Below are positions 42,824 through 53,572 of a DNA stretch of 64,000 nt, one piece after another. Made by a program: the position numbers and the translations under genes. How positions within the stretch are numbered: position 1 is the stretch's first letter; each line of letters begins with the position of its first letter. The notes beneath the pieces were generated by a model, which did not search any database, was not told the origin of the DNA, and worked only from the letters and a program-made list of their open reading frames with translations. This DNA is from an uncultured delta proteobacterium (lineage in GTDB: Bacteria; Myxococcota_A; Polyangia; Fen-1088): assembly GCA_963737265.1 (NCBI GenBank), contig CAVTRY010000015.1:117935-181934 (forward strand), given 5' to 3'.

Positions 42824-42941
42824 ATCGCAACCCGCCCGGCGCGCTGACCGAAGAAGCCTTGTTCGGCCGAGCCGAACTGCGCTCAAGACGTGTCCATAAA
42901 TGGACCCGTCTTGAAGATTTTTGAAGGGAGGGCCGCTGCCC

Positions 42942-44369
42942 CATAGGCATTAACCCAAAAACTTGCGATTTCTCCAAGAACGCCCGCATATGCTCGGGAT
43001 GGACAACATAGCGAAGGACAGCACCACGGGCGACTGGCCAATGATTGCGGCGCAGCTTCCATCCGGATGGGAGGATCTGGCGGTCGAGATGGGCGTGGTC
43101 TACACGAAGTTTCCGGCGCACATGGGCACGAAGGTGACCGAGGCGGCACATTTGCTGCAGCCGATTCTGTACCAGGTGGCGACGAACTCGTCGCTGGCCG
43201 TGACGGTGGCGATGGCGGCGGCGGCCGGGGTGATCAAGATGTCGGCAGTCGGGCTGCACAAGCGAATGAGAACCATTGGTCCCTACCTGGCGCGACTGGT
43301 GACGCTGATGACGGATGCCGAGGCTTCGTTCGCAGCGGAGCGATGGGCGGGCTACGACGTGGTGATCGTGGACGGCTCTTCGGTGTCGCGGCCAGGAGCC
43401 GAGGGCACCACGGCTCGCGTTCACTATGCGCTGCGCTTGAGCACGTTGCGGCCTGTGCAAATCGAGGTCACGGATGACAAGGGCGGCGAGACGTTCAGAA
43501 ACTTCGATGCCGAGGCGGGACAACTGTGGATGGGCGACCGCGGCTACTCGAACCCGCCTGGCATAGCGGCGATCATGGCGGCGGATGCCGACGTACTGGT
43601 CCGATACAACCGTGGCTCGCTTCCTCTGTACGGCATGAACGGGCAGCTACTCGACGTTCAGCGAATGCTGGCTCGCCTCAAGCATCCGGGGGTTGCACGC
43701 GAATGGTACGCAGAGGTCCATCCGCAGGGTGGCAAGGCGATCGCTGGCCGGCTGTGCGCGTTGCTCTTGCCGCCCGACAAAGCAGAGGAGGCTCGGCAGC
43801 GCGCGCGACGGGAACAAGGTCCGTCTGTGACTGAGGAAACCCTTGCGGCCGCGCAGTACGTGGTGGTGTTCACGACCGTACCGAGGTCGCGGCTGACCGC
43901 CGCCCTGGTCATGGAACTATACGGCCTCCGCTGGCAAATCGAGCTTCACATCAAGCGGGACAAATCCATCGCAGGGCTCGACCGACTGCCCAACTTTCGC
44001 AACGACACTGTCTATTCCTGGATTTGCGCCAAGATGCTGCTTACCCAGATCGCCCGCAAACTTGCTACACCCAACGTGGCTATTCCCCCCTGTGGAGAAC
44101 TCGACTGGTTCGGCATCCGACGAGCCGCAGAAAGGCGTCAGGGCCGGACTCAGGCGATCAAAGCACCGGGTCGTAGCCGAGCCATGGCGTCTCATGACCG
44201 TCCTCTGGCAAACCGTATGCGCGGCGCTCACGCCGATCAGCGCCAGTCGGTTTCCCGATTTCTTGCAGGCATTCCTTGACCACCTTCAACTCCAAGTCCC
44301 GCGCAAGCGTCTACGCAGCGCCGTTAAGTTCCAGCAACATCTTGCGGAGGAATTGGGTTAATGCCTATG
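42942..44369 (+). mobile_element. IS4-family element; transposase about 42999-44361, possible frameshift in the C-run near 44085
   Basis: IRs CATAGGCATTAACCCA / TGGGTTAATGCCTATG, 11-bp duplication GGCCGCTGCCC; IVDGS, GDRGY, Y-x2-R-W-x-IE-x6-K motifs. Confidence 0.93.
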
Positions 44370-44387
44370 GGCCGCTGCCCTCCCCTC

Positions 44388-44481
44388 GTCCGCGAAGTAA
44401 ATTCGCGGACTTCACCCCACCTGCGGCCGAGCCCTTGGCTCGGCTGCTGAAGAACTGTCCAATTTTTGGACAGTTCTTCAG
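44388..44481. repeat. Cluster of three perfect hairpins
   Basis: 44388-44410 (9-bp stem), 44426-44444 (8-bp stem), 44447-44481 (16-bp stem with TTT loop). Confidence 0.85.
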
Positions 44482-45139
44482 ATCGATTTTTAGTGTCCCG
44501 GGCTATGAACATCACCTTCGACAGATCGAACGGCAGCAACTTCTGTGACCCGCTGACCGACATCCTCCTTTGTGGAGGCAGCGGCATGCGCAAAACCTGC
44601 GACCGGTTACACCTATGCCCGCCGGGAGCCGGAAAAGACTGCCCTTTTCCAGGTTCTCCAGCAGCACCTTCTGACCTTCGAGGAAGAGTGGACCGATAAG
44701 TCCGACGGCCGCACGCTGCCCAGCTTCGTCACCGACGAGCTACACGACTTCCTAGGCTGTGGAATCCTCGCGCGAGGCTTCGCGCAACTTTTGTGTAAGA
44801 CCTGCCACCAGCGGTATGCGGTGGCCTGGAGCTGCAAAGGTCACGGCTTCTGTCCGAGCTGCGGCGGCAGACGCATGAACGCGGGCGCCCTGACTCTGGT
44901 CGACCACGTCCTGCCCGAAGTGCCCATCCGACAATTCGTGCTGACCGTGCCTTTCCCGCTGAGATTTCCCTTGGCCTTCGACGGAAAATTGCTCGGCCAA
45001 GTCCTGCGCATTTTCACCGACACCGTGGCGTCCAACTATCGCAGGCGCCTGGCAGATCGGGGTATTGCCGACGGCGAGTCTGGCGCCGTCACTGTCATCC
45101 AGCGCGCCAACAGCGACCTGCGTCTCTCCCCGCATTTCC

Positions 45140-46630
45140 CGCCCATCACGCTTTCGGGTGAGCTTCCGTCGAGGGTCAGTGGCAGCATGAGAAATACAGG
45201 ATCTGCATGAGGTTGTCGGGGTTGCGGTAGCCGTGGCCACGCTGGCTGATGCCGCGAACACGTGAATTGTTGCCTTCGAGGGCTGCGTTGGAAAGACCGT
45301 GCTTGGCCCAGGCAATAACGCCCGACCAATGGCGCTTAATCATGTTCCAGAATCGCTTCAACGAGCCAAGTCGTTGCCAGCGTAATAGGCGACGCCAGTG
45401 GTCGAGTGCTGCAGCCATACCGACCTCAGTGTGATAGCCCCATACGACGTCGAACTGCTCCTTGAGCAGGTACGCTACCTGGAGACGTCGGTTGAGGCGG
45501 AATAGCTCGTCAAGCTCGCGACGGCGACGCCAGTGAAGACGACGACGCTTCTTGAGCAGGAGGAACTTCTTGCCTCGGATGGCCTCGCGATACAGGCCAC
45601 CCTTGCGCCAAAATTCCGCCTTGCGGACCTGGTCGACGGCGTCGGTGAGGTGGTGCTCGATGTGGAATCGGTCGAAGACGAGGTCAGCCTGTGGGGCATG
45701 TTCGCAGATGGCGTTGATGTAGCCTTGGGCCATGTCCAGCGTGACTGCCACCAGCCGATGCGACCGGCGCGGTCCCAGCTTCACGAAAAACTGCTTGAGT
45801 GTTTCCTCCTGCTTGCCCTCGCCGATCCAAACCACGTGTCCGGCCTCGTGGTCCCAGACGATGGTCAGATACTTGTTCTGGCCTCGGCCGTAGCTGACCT
45901 CGTCGACGCCGATGATGCGAAGCTTGCGATGGAAGCGGCGCTCGACCGCATCCTCGACCCAGTGGGTGATGAGGCGCATGACGGTAGTCCAGTGCAGCCC
46001 GAGTTGGCGGCACACGCCGGCAATGGAAGTCGTGCGGGCACGCCGCAGGACCTCCGCCTCGAACATGTGAGTCATGCGCGAGCCGGTGCGCGCCCACGGG
46101 ACCTGTTCGACCCGGATCCCACAGCGGCGACAGCGCACGCGCCGCAGAGGCGCGATGACGACCGTGCGGATGCCCCAACCGTCGAGATGACGCCAGGCCC
46201 GGGCGCAATTCTTGATATCCAGCGCGCAGCGCTTGGTCTCTCCACAGCCGGAGCACACAGCCGACTGCCTGGTCGGATACAGGTGTACATGCCAGGAGCC
46301 ATCGGTACCGCTGTAGCTGTCGAAACTGACACGCCAGCCGTTTGCAATGGCCAGCTGCAATGCCAAAATACCAGGGACGGACGTTCGTTGGGAGTTCCTC
46401 GTGATTTGCATAAACCCGAAGGATCACCGACGGACGTCCACTTTTCATTTCGCGCACCGTCGCGCGCGGCGACGAGATCCTCGTCGTCGCATAGCAGCAC
46501 CTGAGCCGCCAGCGAGGAGGCCGTCACCCGTAGGGCCGGAGCGAAGCGGAGGAGGCGCGAAGCGCCTTGCCGGCCCCCGGAGCGGCGGCTACGCCGTTGC
46601 CTTCGCAATCACCCGAACGCGCGATGAACC
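45140..46630 (-). mobile_element. ISL3-family insertion sequence
   Basis: 21-bp imperfect IRs and an 8-bp duplication GCATTTCC (45132-45139, 46631-46638). Confidence 0.9.
45176..46411 (-). CDS. ISL3-family transposase
   Basis: C..CG Zn finger, EQVPWA, IGVDE, TLDM, FDRFH, SNAALEGNN, GYRN. Confidence 0.95.
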   Translation of the reverse strand: MQITRNSQRTSVPGILALQLAIANGWRVSFDSYSGTDGSWHVHLYPTRQSAVCSGCGETKRCALDIKNCARAWRHLDGWGIRTVVIAPLRRVRCRRCGIRVEQVPWARTGSRMTHMFEAEVLRRARTTSIAGVCRQLGLHWTTVMRLITHWVEDAVERRFHRKLRIIGVDEVSYGRGQNKYLTIVWDHEAGHVVWIGEGKQEETLKQFFVKLGPRRSHRLVAVTLDMAQGYINAICEHAPQADLVFDRFHIEHHLTDAVDQVRKAEFWRKGGLYREAIRGKKFLLLKKRRRLHWRRRRELDELFRLNRRLQVAYLLKEQFDVVWGYHTEVGMAAALDHWRRLLRWQRLGSLKRFWNMIKRHWSGVIAWAKHGLSNAALEGNNSRVRGISQRGHGYRNPDNLMQILYFSCCH

Positions 46631-46830
46631 GCATTTCCACGTTCTCCAAGTCATCTCGTCACACTCCAGCCTCCGTAGCCAAGTCGTCCCAGTCCCGGCC
46701 GCGGCCACGCCCGAGGAAAACGACAAGCCTTCACTGCCCCTTTCACACTACATTTCTTGGAGCCAGCTCCTAAAAAGGACGTTCGATCACCCTATCAACT
46801 ACAGCTCACACCGAGGATCTGACAGGTCCA

Positions 46831-47076
46831 GTGCGGGTCACCCACCCGTTCCACCCGAAGTTCGGGCAGGAGCTCGACGTGATTGTTCGCCGGTACAGCT
46901 GGGGTGAAGATCGGGTCTTCTACCGCGAGCCAGCCGGAAACCTAGCGTCGCTGCCCTCTCGCTGGACGAGTGTCCTGCCCGAGGATCTGTTTGTTGTCGT
47001 GGCGGCCGGCCGGTCTCGGTTTCGGGTGCGGGATTTGATCGATCTCACCGCACTGGTGGGGAGGCTTCGCAGGTGA
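46831..47076 (+). CDS. DUF5372 (Y4bD/Y4pK-like) small protein
   Basis: VTHPFHP..G, WGEDRV, SLP..WT motif. Confidence 0.8.
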   Translation: MRVTHPFHPKFGQELDVIVRRYSWGEDRVFYREPAGNLASLPSRWTSVLPEDLFVVVAAGRSRFRVRDLIDLTALVGRLRR

Positions 47077-47295
47077 GAGCGACGCGATCAGAGACGAAGG
47101 CATGTAAGGCCATTTTCGCCGTATGTGTAATGGCGATTATGCCATCCAGTCGTCAAAGGGCCACTCCAAGCGGTGCAATACATGTGCATTTCAGCGTCGA
47201 GTTCCACCGATCTGCTCGGCGATTTTGGGTTGACATCATTGCCTGGGACAGCGTAAATATAATTACACACGCTTCCAGCCACCCTGGAGACGCCC

Positions 47296-47763
47296 ATGAG
47301 CAAAGCCAAGCCCTCCGACCCCAAGCTCGCAGCCCTGCGACAACACGGCTGCCTAAACCCCCGTCCGGACAAGGTCGTCGATCCGATCTTCGCCTCCTCC
47401 GACTTCTTCGACCCCCGCGATCTGGTCCAGGTCAAGTACGAGATGGTACGGCGTGTGCGCGTCGACGGATAGCCTGTCAGCCACAGCGCGGCCGCGTACG
47501 GATTCTCACGTCCCGCGTTCTATCAAGCGCAAACCGTTCTCGACCGCGGCGGCCTGGCGGCTCTGGTGCCGAGAAAGCCAGGACCGCGACGGTCGCACAA
47601 GCTGAGCACGGACGTGATGGAGTTTCTACAGCGAGAGCGGTCCACGGATTCGTCGCTGCGCCCGCCGGACTTGGCACGCCTGGTTCTGGAGCGTTTCGGC
47701 CGCAAGGTTCATCCTCGCAGCGTCGAACGGGCGCTCACACGACAGGAAAAAAAACGGCGGTGA
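47296..47763 (+). pseudogene. HTH protein with an in-frame TAG at 47470-47472
   Basis: FFDPRDLVQVKYEMVR...FSRPAFY...LVPRKPGPR..HKL...VHPRSVERAL. Confidence 0.8.
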
Positions 47764-48065
47764 TCGTTTCGCCCGCGGCAACGGGTGGCAGCGACACCGC
47801 CATCGCGGAGTACGAAGAGTTGCGCTGTCGCGTTCTCGCGGGAGCTGGCGCACGCGACTGCGACCTTGGACAGCTGTTTCTTCTCCGCGAAGGGATCGTC
47901 GCCTGGATAGCCCACGGAACGACTTCTACGGCGCCGGCAAATCTCACGGCAGATCGGGACAGTGACGTGACAGCACCGGTCCTTTCCGACGAGATCCACG
48001 CCGGCGTGGTGCGTGTGTTGGCCAACATGGCCTTGGCAGCAGGACGAAGGGAGATGACGACATGA
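47760..48065 (+). CDS. Hypothetical protein of the recombinase element
   Basis: YEELR...LLREGIVAW; 4-bp overlaps at both ends. Confidence 0.65.
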   Translation: MIVSPAATGGSDTAIAEYEELRCRVLAGAGARDCDLGQLFLLREGIVAWIAHGTTSTAPANLTADRDSDVTAPVLSDEIHAGVVRVLANMALAAGRREMTT

Positions 48066-48489
48066 ACTCCGAAGGACATCAGAAAGTCACCACCAGCCAC
48101 CTCAAGCGGGATGCCTATCTGTACGTCAGGCAGTCGACGGTCCGGCAGGTCATTGAGAATACCGAGAGCACGCAGCGGCAGTATGCTCTCCGCCAGCGTG
48201 CCGTTGCTTTGGGCTGGCCAAACGATCGGATCATCGTCATCGACACAGATCTCGGCCAGTCAGGAGCTTCCGCGGTCGACCGCGTGGGTTTCCAGAAGCT
48301 CGTGGCCGAGGTCGGGATGGGGCACGCCGGTATCGTGCTTGGCTTGGAGGTCTCTCGACTGGCGCGCAATTCCACTGACTGGCACCGATTGCTCGAGATC
48401 TGCGCACTGACCGACACCTTGATTCTCGACGAGGATGGCATCTACGACCCCGCGCACTTCAACGACCGGCTGTTGCTCGGGCTCAAGGG

Positions 48490-49777
48490 CAGGGTCATCG
48501 CATCTAAATCCCGAACGATCTTCGCGGTATAGCCGGCGCACCAGAGAGGAACGTTTTTTGATTGAAGGGCGATATCGTGGCTTGTTCGTAAGTCATGAAG
48601 CGAACAACCGTGGCGGAACGAGAAAAGGAAGAGCTGGCGGCATCGATCCTGGAGTACTTCGCGTCGGTGCCGGATCCGCGGGTGGAGCGGACGCGGCACC
48701 ACGCGCTGACGGACATCCTGATGCTATCGTTGTGTGCCGTGGTCTGTGGTGCTGACTCCTTCTGTGCTATCGAGACCTATGGGCGGGCAAGAGAAGCCTG
48801 GTTACGAACGTTTATCGGTCTGCGCGGCGGGATTCCCACACACGACACCATCGGGAGGGTGTTTGCAGCCCTGAATCCAGATGCCCTGGCTGAGAGGTTC
48901 CGGCAGTGGATCTTGAGCGTGGCGCGACTCACGAAAGGCGAGGTCGTGGCCATCGACGGCAAGACGCTGCGACGATCCTTCCAAGAGGCCGGCAGCCACG
49001 CTTTCGTCCACATGGTTAGTGCCTGGGCCACCAACAACCACGTGGTTCTTGGGCAGGTCAAGACAGAGGAGAAATCCAACGAGATCACTGCCATTCCGCG
49101 GTTGCTCAAGCTCCTGAAGATCAAGGGCTGTCTAGTAACTATCGATGCGATGGGCTGCCAGAAGCAGATCACCGCAGATATCCAGGACGCCGACGCGGAT
49201 TACCTGCTCGCGGTGAAGGAGAACCAACCCACGCTCAGCGCTGAAGTGACGACAATCTTCGCGCATTGTCGTCGCGACCCGACGGGATTGGACGTGGATT
49301 TTCACGAGACACGCGATGTTGGGCACGGACGAACCGAGGTTCGCCGGTGCTGGACCACAAACATGGTCGAGAGCATCTCCCAGTACCAGGAATGGACGGG
49401 TCTGAGCAGCTTGGTATTGATCGAGTCCGAGCGCACGGTCTCGGGGCACACTTCAACCGAGTGCCGCTACTACATCAGTTCGCGAAAGAACCTCCCAGCA
49501 GATGCCGCTCTCGACGCCGCTCGGAAGCACTGGGGAATCGAAAATGAATTGCACTGGGTTCTCGACGTCACTTTCCGTGAGGACGAATGCCGTGTTCGCG
49601 CCGGCAACGCCGCCCAGAACTTTGCAGTGATGCGCCACATCTCACTCAACCTCCTCAAATCAGTCAAAGACTGCAGGCTCAGCATCAGGCTTCGCCGAAT
49701 GCGCGCGGCATGGGATCAGGACTTCATTCTGCAAGTCCTCATGGCCCAACCCGATGTGGGATGATGCGATGACCCTG
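48490..49777 (+). mobile_element. ISAs1-family insertion sequence
   Basis: Perfect IR CAGGGTCATCGCATC and a 10-bp duplication GGCTCAAGGG. Confidence 0.96.
48595..49764 (+). CDS. ISAs1-family transposase
   Basis: DPR, AIDGKTLR, KSNEITAIP, TIDAMGCQ, VKENQP, HWGIENELHWVLDV.F.ED. Confidence 0.96.
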   Translation: MKRTTVAEREKEELAASILEYFASVPDPRVERTRHHALTDILMLSLCAVVCGADSFCAIETYGRAREAWLRTFIGLRGGIPTHDTIGRVFAALNPDALAERFRQWILSVARLTKGEVVAIDGKTLRRSFQEAGSHAFVHMVSAWATNNHVVLGQVKTEEKSNEITAIPRLLKLLKIKGCLVTIDAMGCQKQITADIQDADADYLLAVKENQPTLSAEVTTIFAHCRRDPTGLDVDFHETRDVGHGRTEVRRCWTTNMVESISQYQEWTGLSSLVLIESERTVSGHTSTECRYYISSRKNLPADAALDAARKHWGIENELHWVLDVTFREDECRVRAGNAAQNFAVMRHISLNLLKSVKDCRLSIRLRRMRAAWDQDFILQVLMAQPDVG

Positions 49778-51848
49778 GGCTCAAGGGAACGATGAGTGAA
49801 GCCGAGTTTCACGTCTTGCGAGCTCGCCTGCGCGGCGGCATCATCAACAAGGCGCGCCGGGGCGAATTGCATTGTCGCCTACCTGTTGGCTTCGTCTACG
49901 ACGGTGGCGGGCGCGTCGTCCTTGATCCGGACAAGCAAGTGCAAGAGAGCGTGCGATTGCTGTTCGCGACTTTCGCACGAACAGGGGCAGCGCATGCCAC
50001 GCTCAAGTACTTCCGACAAGAGAAGCTGCTATTCCCCACACGTCTGGGTGCCGGGGCGAGCAAGGGTGAGCTGGCTTGGACGCCGCTCAGCCTGGCACGC
50101 ACTGCCAGCATCCTGCACAACCCGTGGTATGCGGGCGCGTACGCATTCGGTAGAAACCGCTGGCGAAAAAGATGTGTGCTCCGGACACGGCCGTCTCCTT
50201 GGCGACGGCTCATGCCAGAGCATTCTGGGAACGGAAATCGACGCAGCCGTCAGCAAGTTGCTGGTCGAGGCCGTGACACCGATGGCGCTCGAAATGACCC
50301 TCGCCATCCAGCAGGAGATCGCGGCCCGCCTCGACGAGGCCGATCGGCTGCGCCACCGCCAAGTCGAGCGAGCCCAGTACGAGGCTGACCACGCCCGCCG
50401 TCGCTACATGCAGGTGGATGGCGCCAACCGGTTGGTCGCAGATTCACTGGAAGCAGAGTGGAACGCCAAGCTGCGTGCGCTTTCCAAGGCCCAGGAGGAA
50501 TACCTGCGCCAGCACGAGGCCGACCGACTCGCCGTCGGCAAGGATGAACGCCAGCGCATCCTCGCTCTCGTCACGGATTTCCCCGCCGTCTGGCGTGACC
50601 CCAATACGCCCCAGCGCGAGCGCAAGCGCATGCTCGCGCTTCTGATCGAAGACATCACCCTGATCAAGCGGCGCGAAATCACCGTGAAGATCCGCTTCCG
50701 CGGCGGTGCAACCACTACCTTGACACTGCCTCGTCCACTCACGCCCCAGCAACTGCGTGCCACACATCCCGAAGTCCGTCAGCAGATCGACGCCCTCCTC
50801 GACGAGTACACCAACGCTCAGGTCGCCAACCAACTCAACAAGCAACAGATGCGCACCGGCACTGGCGAGTCCTTCGATGCCGTGAGCGTCCAGTGGGTAC
50901 GCTTCTCGGCCAAGCTCAAGAGTCTCAAGGAACGACTCATCGAAGCTGGCTGGCTGACAAGTAAGCAGGTCGCTGCCCTGCTCGGCGTCAGCCTTTCGAC
51001 CGTCAGTAGTTTGCGCAACAAGGGGCGCCTCAAGGGACGTATATGCAGCGACAAAGGCGAGTGGCTATACTGGCCATCCGACATCCCCACAAGTCCTTCA
51101 CCAACACCAACTGTTACATCCACTGCGAGAGGTGCAATATGAAAAGCGATCCTTCGGGATCGAGACCATCTGCCCGACATGCCAGACTCCGCTGCGCCTG
51201 ATCTCCCTCATCAAGAGCGAACCCATCGCCAAGAAGATCCTCATCGCCATGCACCTGCCCGCAGACGCGCCGGAGCTTCACCCTGCGCGTCCGCCGCCAG
51301 GCCGCGATCCGGAGGCGCGGGATGCGAAAGACTGGCTGAACTGATCGGGCGACCTTCGCGGGACGCGATGGGGTACACTGCCCTTCGTGTTCGCGACACA
51401 CCCTCAAAGCTCCCCCGCGACCTCCCGGATCTGGGCGGCGGACAACTTATGCGGACAGTCGCACGAGATCAAAGGGTTCTCCGACGCTGGAAAACCCCCT
51501 TCGAAAGGGCTAGGCTCCCGCGTCGGTCGTGCCCGAGCCAGTTCGTCAACGGCGTCCCGCTTGGCCATCAAGCTGGCCCTGGCTCACAAGATCCAACAGG
51601 CGATCGACCGTGGCGCTGTCCGCAACCGAGCAGAGGTGTCGCGACGGTTTGCGCCGATGCGCAGGAAGATATCGGCGTGCTTTAGCGGCAGTTCGATCAG
51701 GTCGCGCGCTGCTTCGACGGCGGCGTTCTGGCCGAGGACATCGGAATAGCGAGTAGGCGGCACCGAACGCAGCACGCGCTGCTCGCCCGCAGGAGTGGTG
51801 GCGGCCGCAGCCCCATGCCGGAAGCCTCTCGTGGTAATGTCCTCTCCA

Positions 51849-52265
51849 ATGAGCGTGAACTTTTCAGAAGCGGGTCGGCGCCATTTCGACGACAGTCTAG
51901 CGCTGGCCGAGATGCAGCGTTCCGGCAACGCGAGCCACCTCGCGGGCTTGGCGGCAGAGTGCGCCCTCAAGGCCGTCCTCCAGGGACTTCGCCTCCTCAC
52001 CGTGGATACCAAGGGCATGCCCGAGGACCCCAAGCACAAGCAGCACATCGATAGAATATGGAATGAGTTTCAGGCAGCCCTGAGCGGGCATCCGGCGGCA
52101 ATGTATGCGCTTGCTGGGCCAAACCCGTTCGACAATTGGAAGATTGACCATCGGTACGAGGCCGATTCGACCATCGACCAAGCGACGGCAAAAAAGCATT
52201 GCTCGGGCGCGCATGCGGCGATGTTGCTTCTGGATCGTGCTCGGATTGAGGGGGACGTTCGATGA
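51849..52265 (+). CDS. HEPN-like small protein
   Basis: RRHF.D, HLAGLAAECALKA, a central His (KHKQHI) and W...RY pattern of HEPN-family helical bundles. Confidence 0.6.
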   Translation: MSVNFSEAGRRHFDDSLALAEMQRSGNASHLAGLAAECALKAVLQGLRLLTVDTKGMPEDPKHKQHIDRIWNEFQAALSGHPAAMYALAGPNPFDNWKIDHRYEADSTIDQATAKKHCSGAHAAMLLLDRARIEGDVR

Positions 52266-53572
52266 CTCGTGGGATAGTACGTTTCGACGAAGCTCTCGAC
52301 GCTGCCCTGGCTTTCTGTCGGCGTCACCGACAACAACTTGGGGACGATCCTGTCCTCGTGCGGGACATCGTTGGTCGTATTCGCCTCGCAACCCCAAACC
52401 ACCTCGACCAGCCCCAAGCCTTCTGGGATGAGCTGCACGGGCTGCTTGGCGGATGGAGCCCGGGACCGACAGGCTTGCTTCTGACCGGCAGTGACCTGCT
52501 GAATTCAGACGCAATCTTCAAGTCCCCCGAGGCTAGGCAAATCGACGGGAACATTCGTTTTCTCGATCGTCGGGTGTCTGGGCGGGACTGGATTCCACAC
52601 GGCAGCGCTGGCCAGAGCAATGAACTGCCCACCATCGCCTTTTTTGGCGTCAAGGGAGGTGTGGGGCGGTCGACAGCCCTATCCGTGATCGCGCGCCGCC
52701 TTGCCGAGAAAGGCGAGCGTGTGATGGTGCTCGATTTGGACTTGGAGTCCCCTGGGGTGAGCTCCCTCCTCCTTCCAGAGGAGGGGCGCCCTCGCTTCGG
52801 TGTGGTGGATTGGCTGGTGGAGTCTGGCGTTGGGCAGGCCGATGGTGACCTGCTCTTGTCGATGAGCGCCACGAGCCCGTTGGCAGCCAATACTCCTGGG
52901 CAAGTCCAGGTGATTCCTGCGGCCGGCGAAGCCATCGAGACCTATGTGGCAAAGCTGGCCCGGGTTCAGACATCGTCCGATTCGCCATCGGGCTATGGCG
53001 CAGGTCTAGCGGCTCTACTCCACGCGATCGCCCACACCGATCGACCTCCATCCGTCGTACTTCTGGACTGCCGGGCCGGAATCGACGATCTCGCGGCCAC
53101 TGCGATCACCAGCCTCGCCACCGATGCCCTGCTCTTCGCCGTCGGCACTCCCCAGACCTGGCTCGCCTACCGAATGCTGTTCGCGATCTGGAACAAAGAC
53201 GCGCGAATCCTCGAATCCTTCCGCGACCGACTTCAAGTGGTCGCGGGGCTTGTGCCTGAGACGGAGCGTGAGTCGTACAAGGATCGGCTGTGCAGCAATG
53301 CCCATGACCTGTTTTCGGAATTCATCTACGAAGAGGAGCCTTCTTCTGGAGAGATCGAGCCGCCGGCCAGACTCGACCTGTTCAACTTCGACTTGAACGA
53401 CAACGAGGCCCCCCACTTTCCTGTGCCAGTTCTGTGGCGCCGGGAGCTGCAGGACTTCGATCCGATCCATCGTCCAGAGGCGGAAACACAAGACGGGCTT
53501 GCGGCCTTCGACGAGCTTGCGAAGCATGTGGATGGATGTCTCCCGGTTCGGGCGGAGAAGGCGCAGTCATGA
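52262..53572 (+). CDS. ParA/MinD-like ATPase with KGGVGR deviant Walker A and an extra N-terminal domain
   Basis: FFGVKGGVGRST, LDLDLESPG, LLDCRAG; N-terminal VRDIVGRIRL. Confidence 0.85.
   Translation: MTRGIVRFDEALDAALAFCRRHRQQLGDDPVLVRDIVGRIRLATPNHLDQPQAFWDELHGLLGGWSPGPTGLLLTGSDLLNSDAIFKSPEARQIDGNIRFLDRRVSGRDWIPHGSAGQSNELPTIAFFGVKGGVGRSTALSVIARRLAEKGERVMVLDLDLESPGVSSLLLPEEGRPRFGVVDWLVESGVGQADGDLLLSMSATSPLAANTPGQVQVIPAAGEAIETYVAKLARVQTSSDSPSGYGAGLAALLHAIAHTDRPPSVVLLDCRAGIDDLAATAITSLATDALLFAVGTPQTWLAYRMLFAIWNKDARILESFRDRLQVVAGLVPETERESYKDRLCSNAHDLFSEFIYEEEPSSGEIEPPARLDLFNFDLNDNEAPHFPVPVLWRRELQDFDPIHRPEAETQDGLAAFDELAKHVDGCLPVRAEKAQS

Larger units (their letters stand above)
46772..51142 (+). 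mobile_element. Four-gene large serine recombinase element (y4bA-y4bD-like organisation)
   Basis: Removing the span restores the host frame LLKRSFGIE at a shared A-run; the recombinase runs to the end motif AGGTGCAATATGA. Confidence 0.75.
48062..51142 (+). pseudogene. Large serine recombinase interrupted by ISAs1, with a deletion/frameshift near 50170
   Basis: YVRQST (catalytic Ser), EVSRLAR, LLGLKG|TMSEAE, LHNPWYAG, VDGANRLVADSLEAEWN. Confidence 0.9.
44572..51344 (+). pseudogene. IS91/ISCR-like transposase split by ISL3 and the serine-recombinase element, with an internal deletion
   Basis: YARREPE...SCKGHGFCPSC...LSPHF|HVL...YISWSQLLK|RSFGIETICPTC...PARPPP; the central catalytic Tyr region is missing. 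Confidence 0.85.

Noticed and set aside
47470-47472. In-frame TAG as pyrrolysine or programmed read-through
   Set aside because: No pyl genes are visible and the element has other inactivating lesions; a nonsense mutation is simpler.
51500-51660. LALAHKIQQAIDRGAVRNRAEVSRR, resembling small recombinase-associated proteins
   Set aside because: Too short and degraded to support a call.
52262-53572. Plasmid or chromosome partition locus
   Set aside because: No parB, parS repeats or rep gene; variant KGGVGR motif and coupling to HEPN-like and ATPase genes instead.
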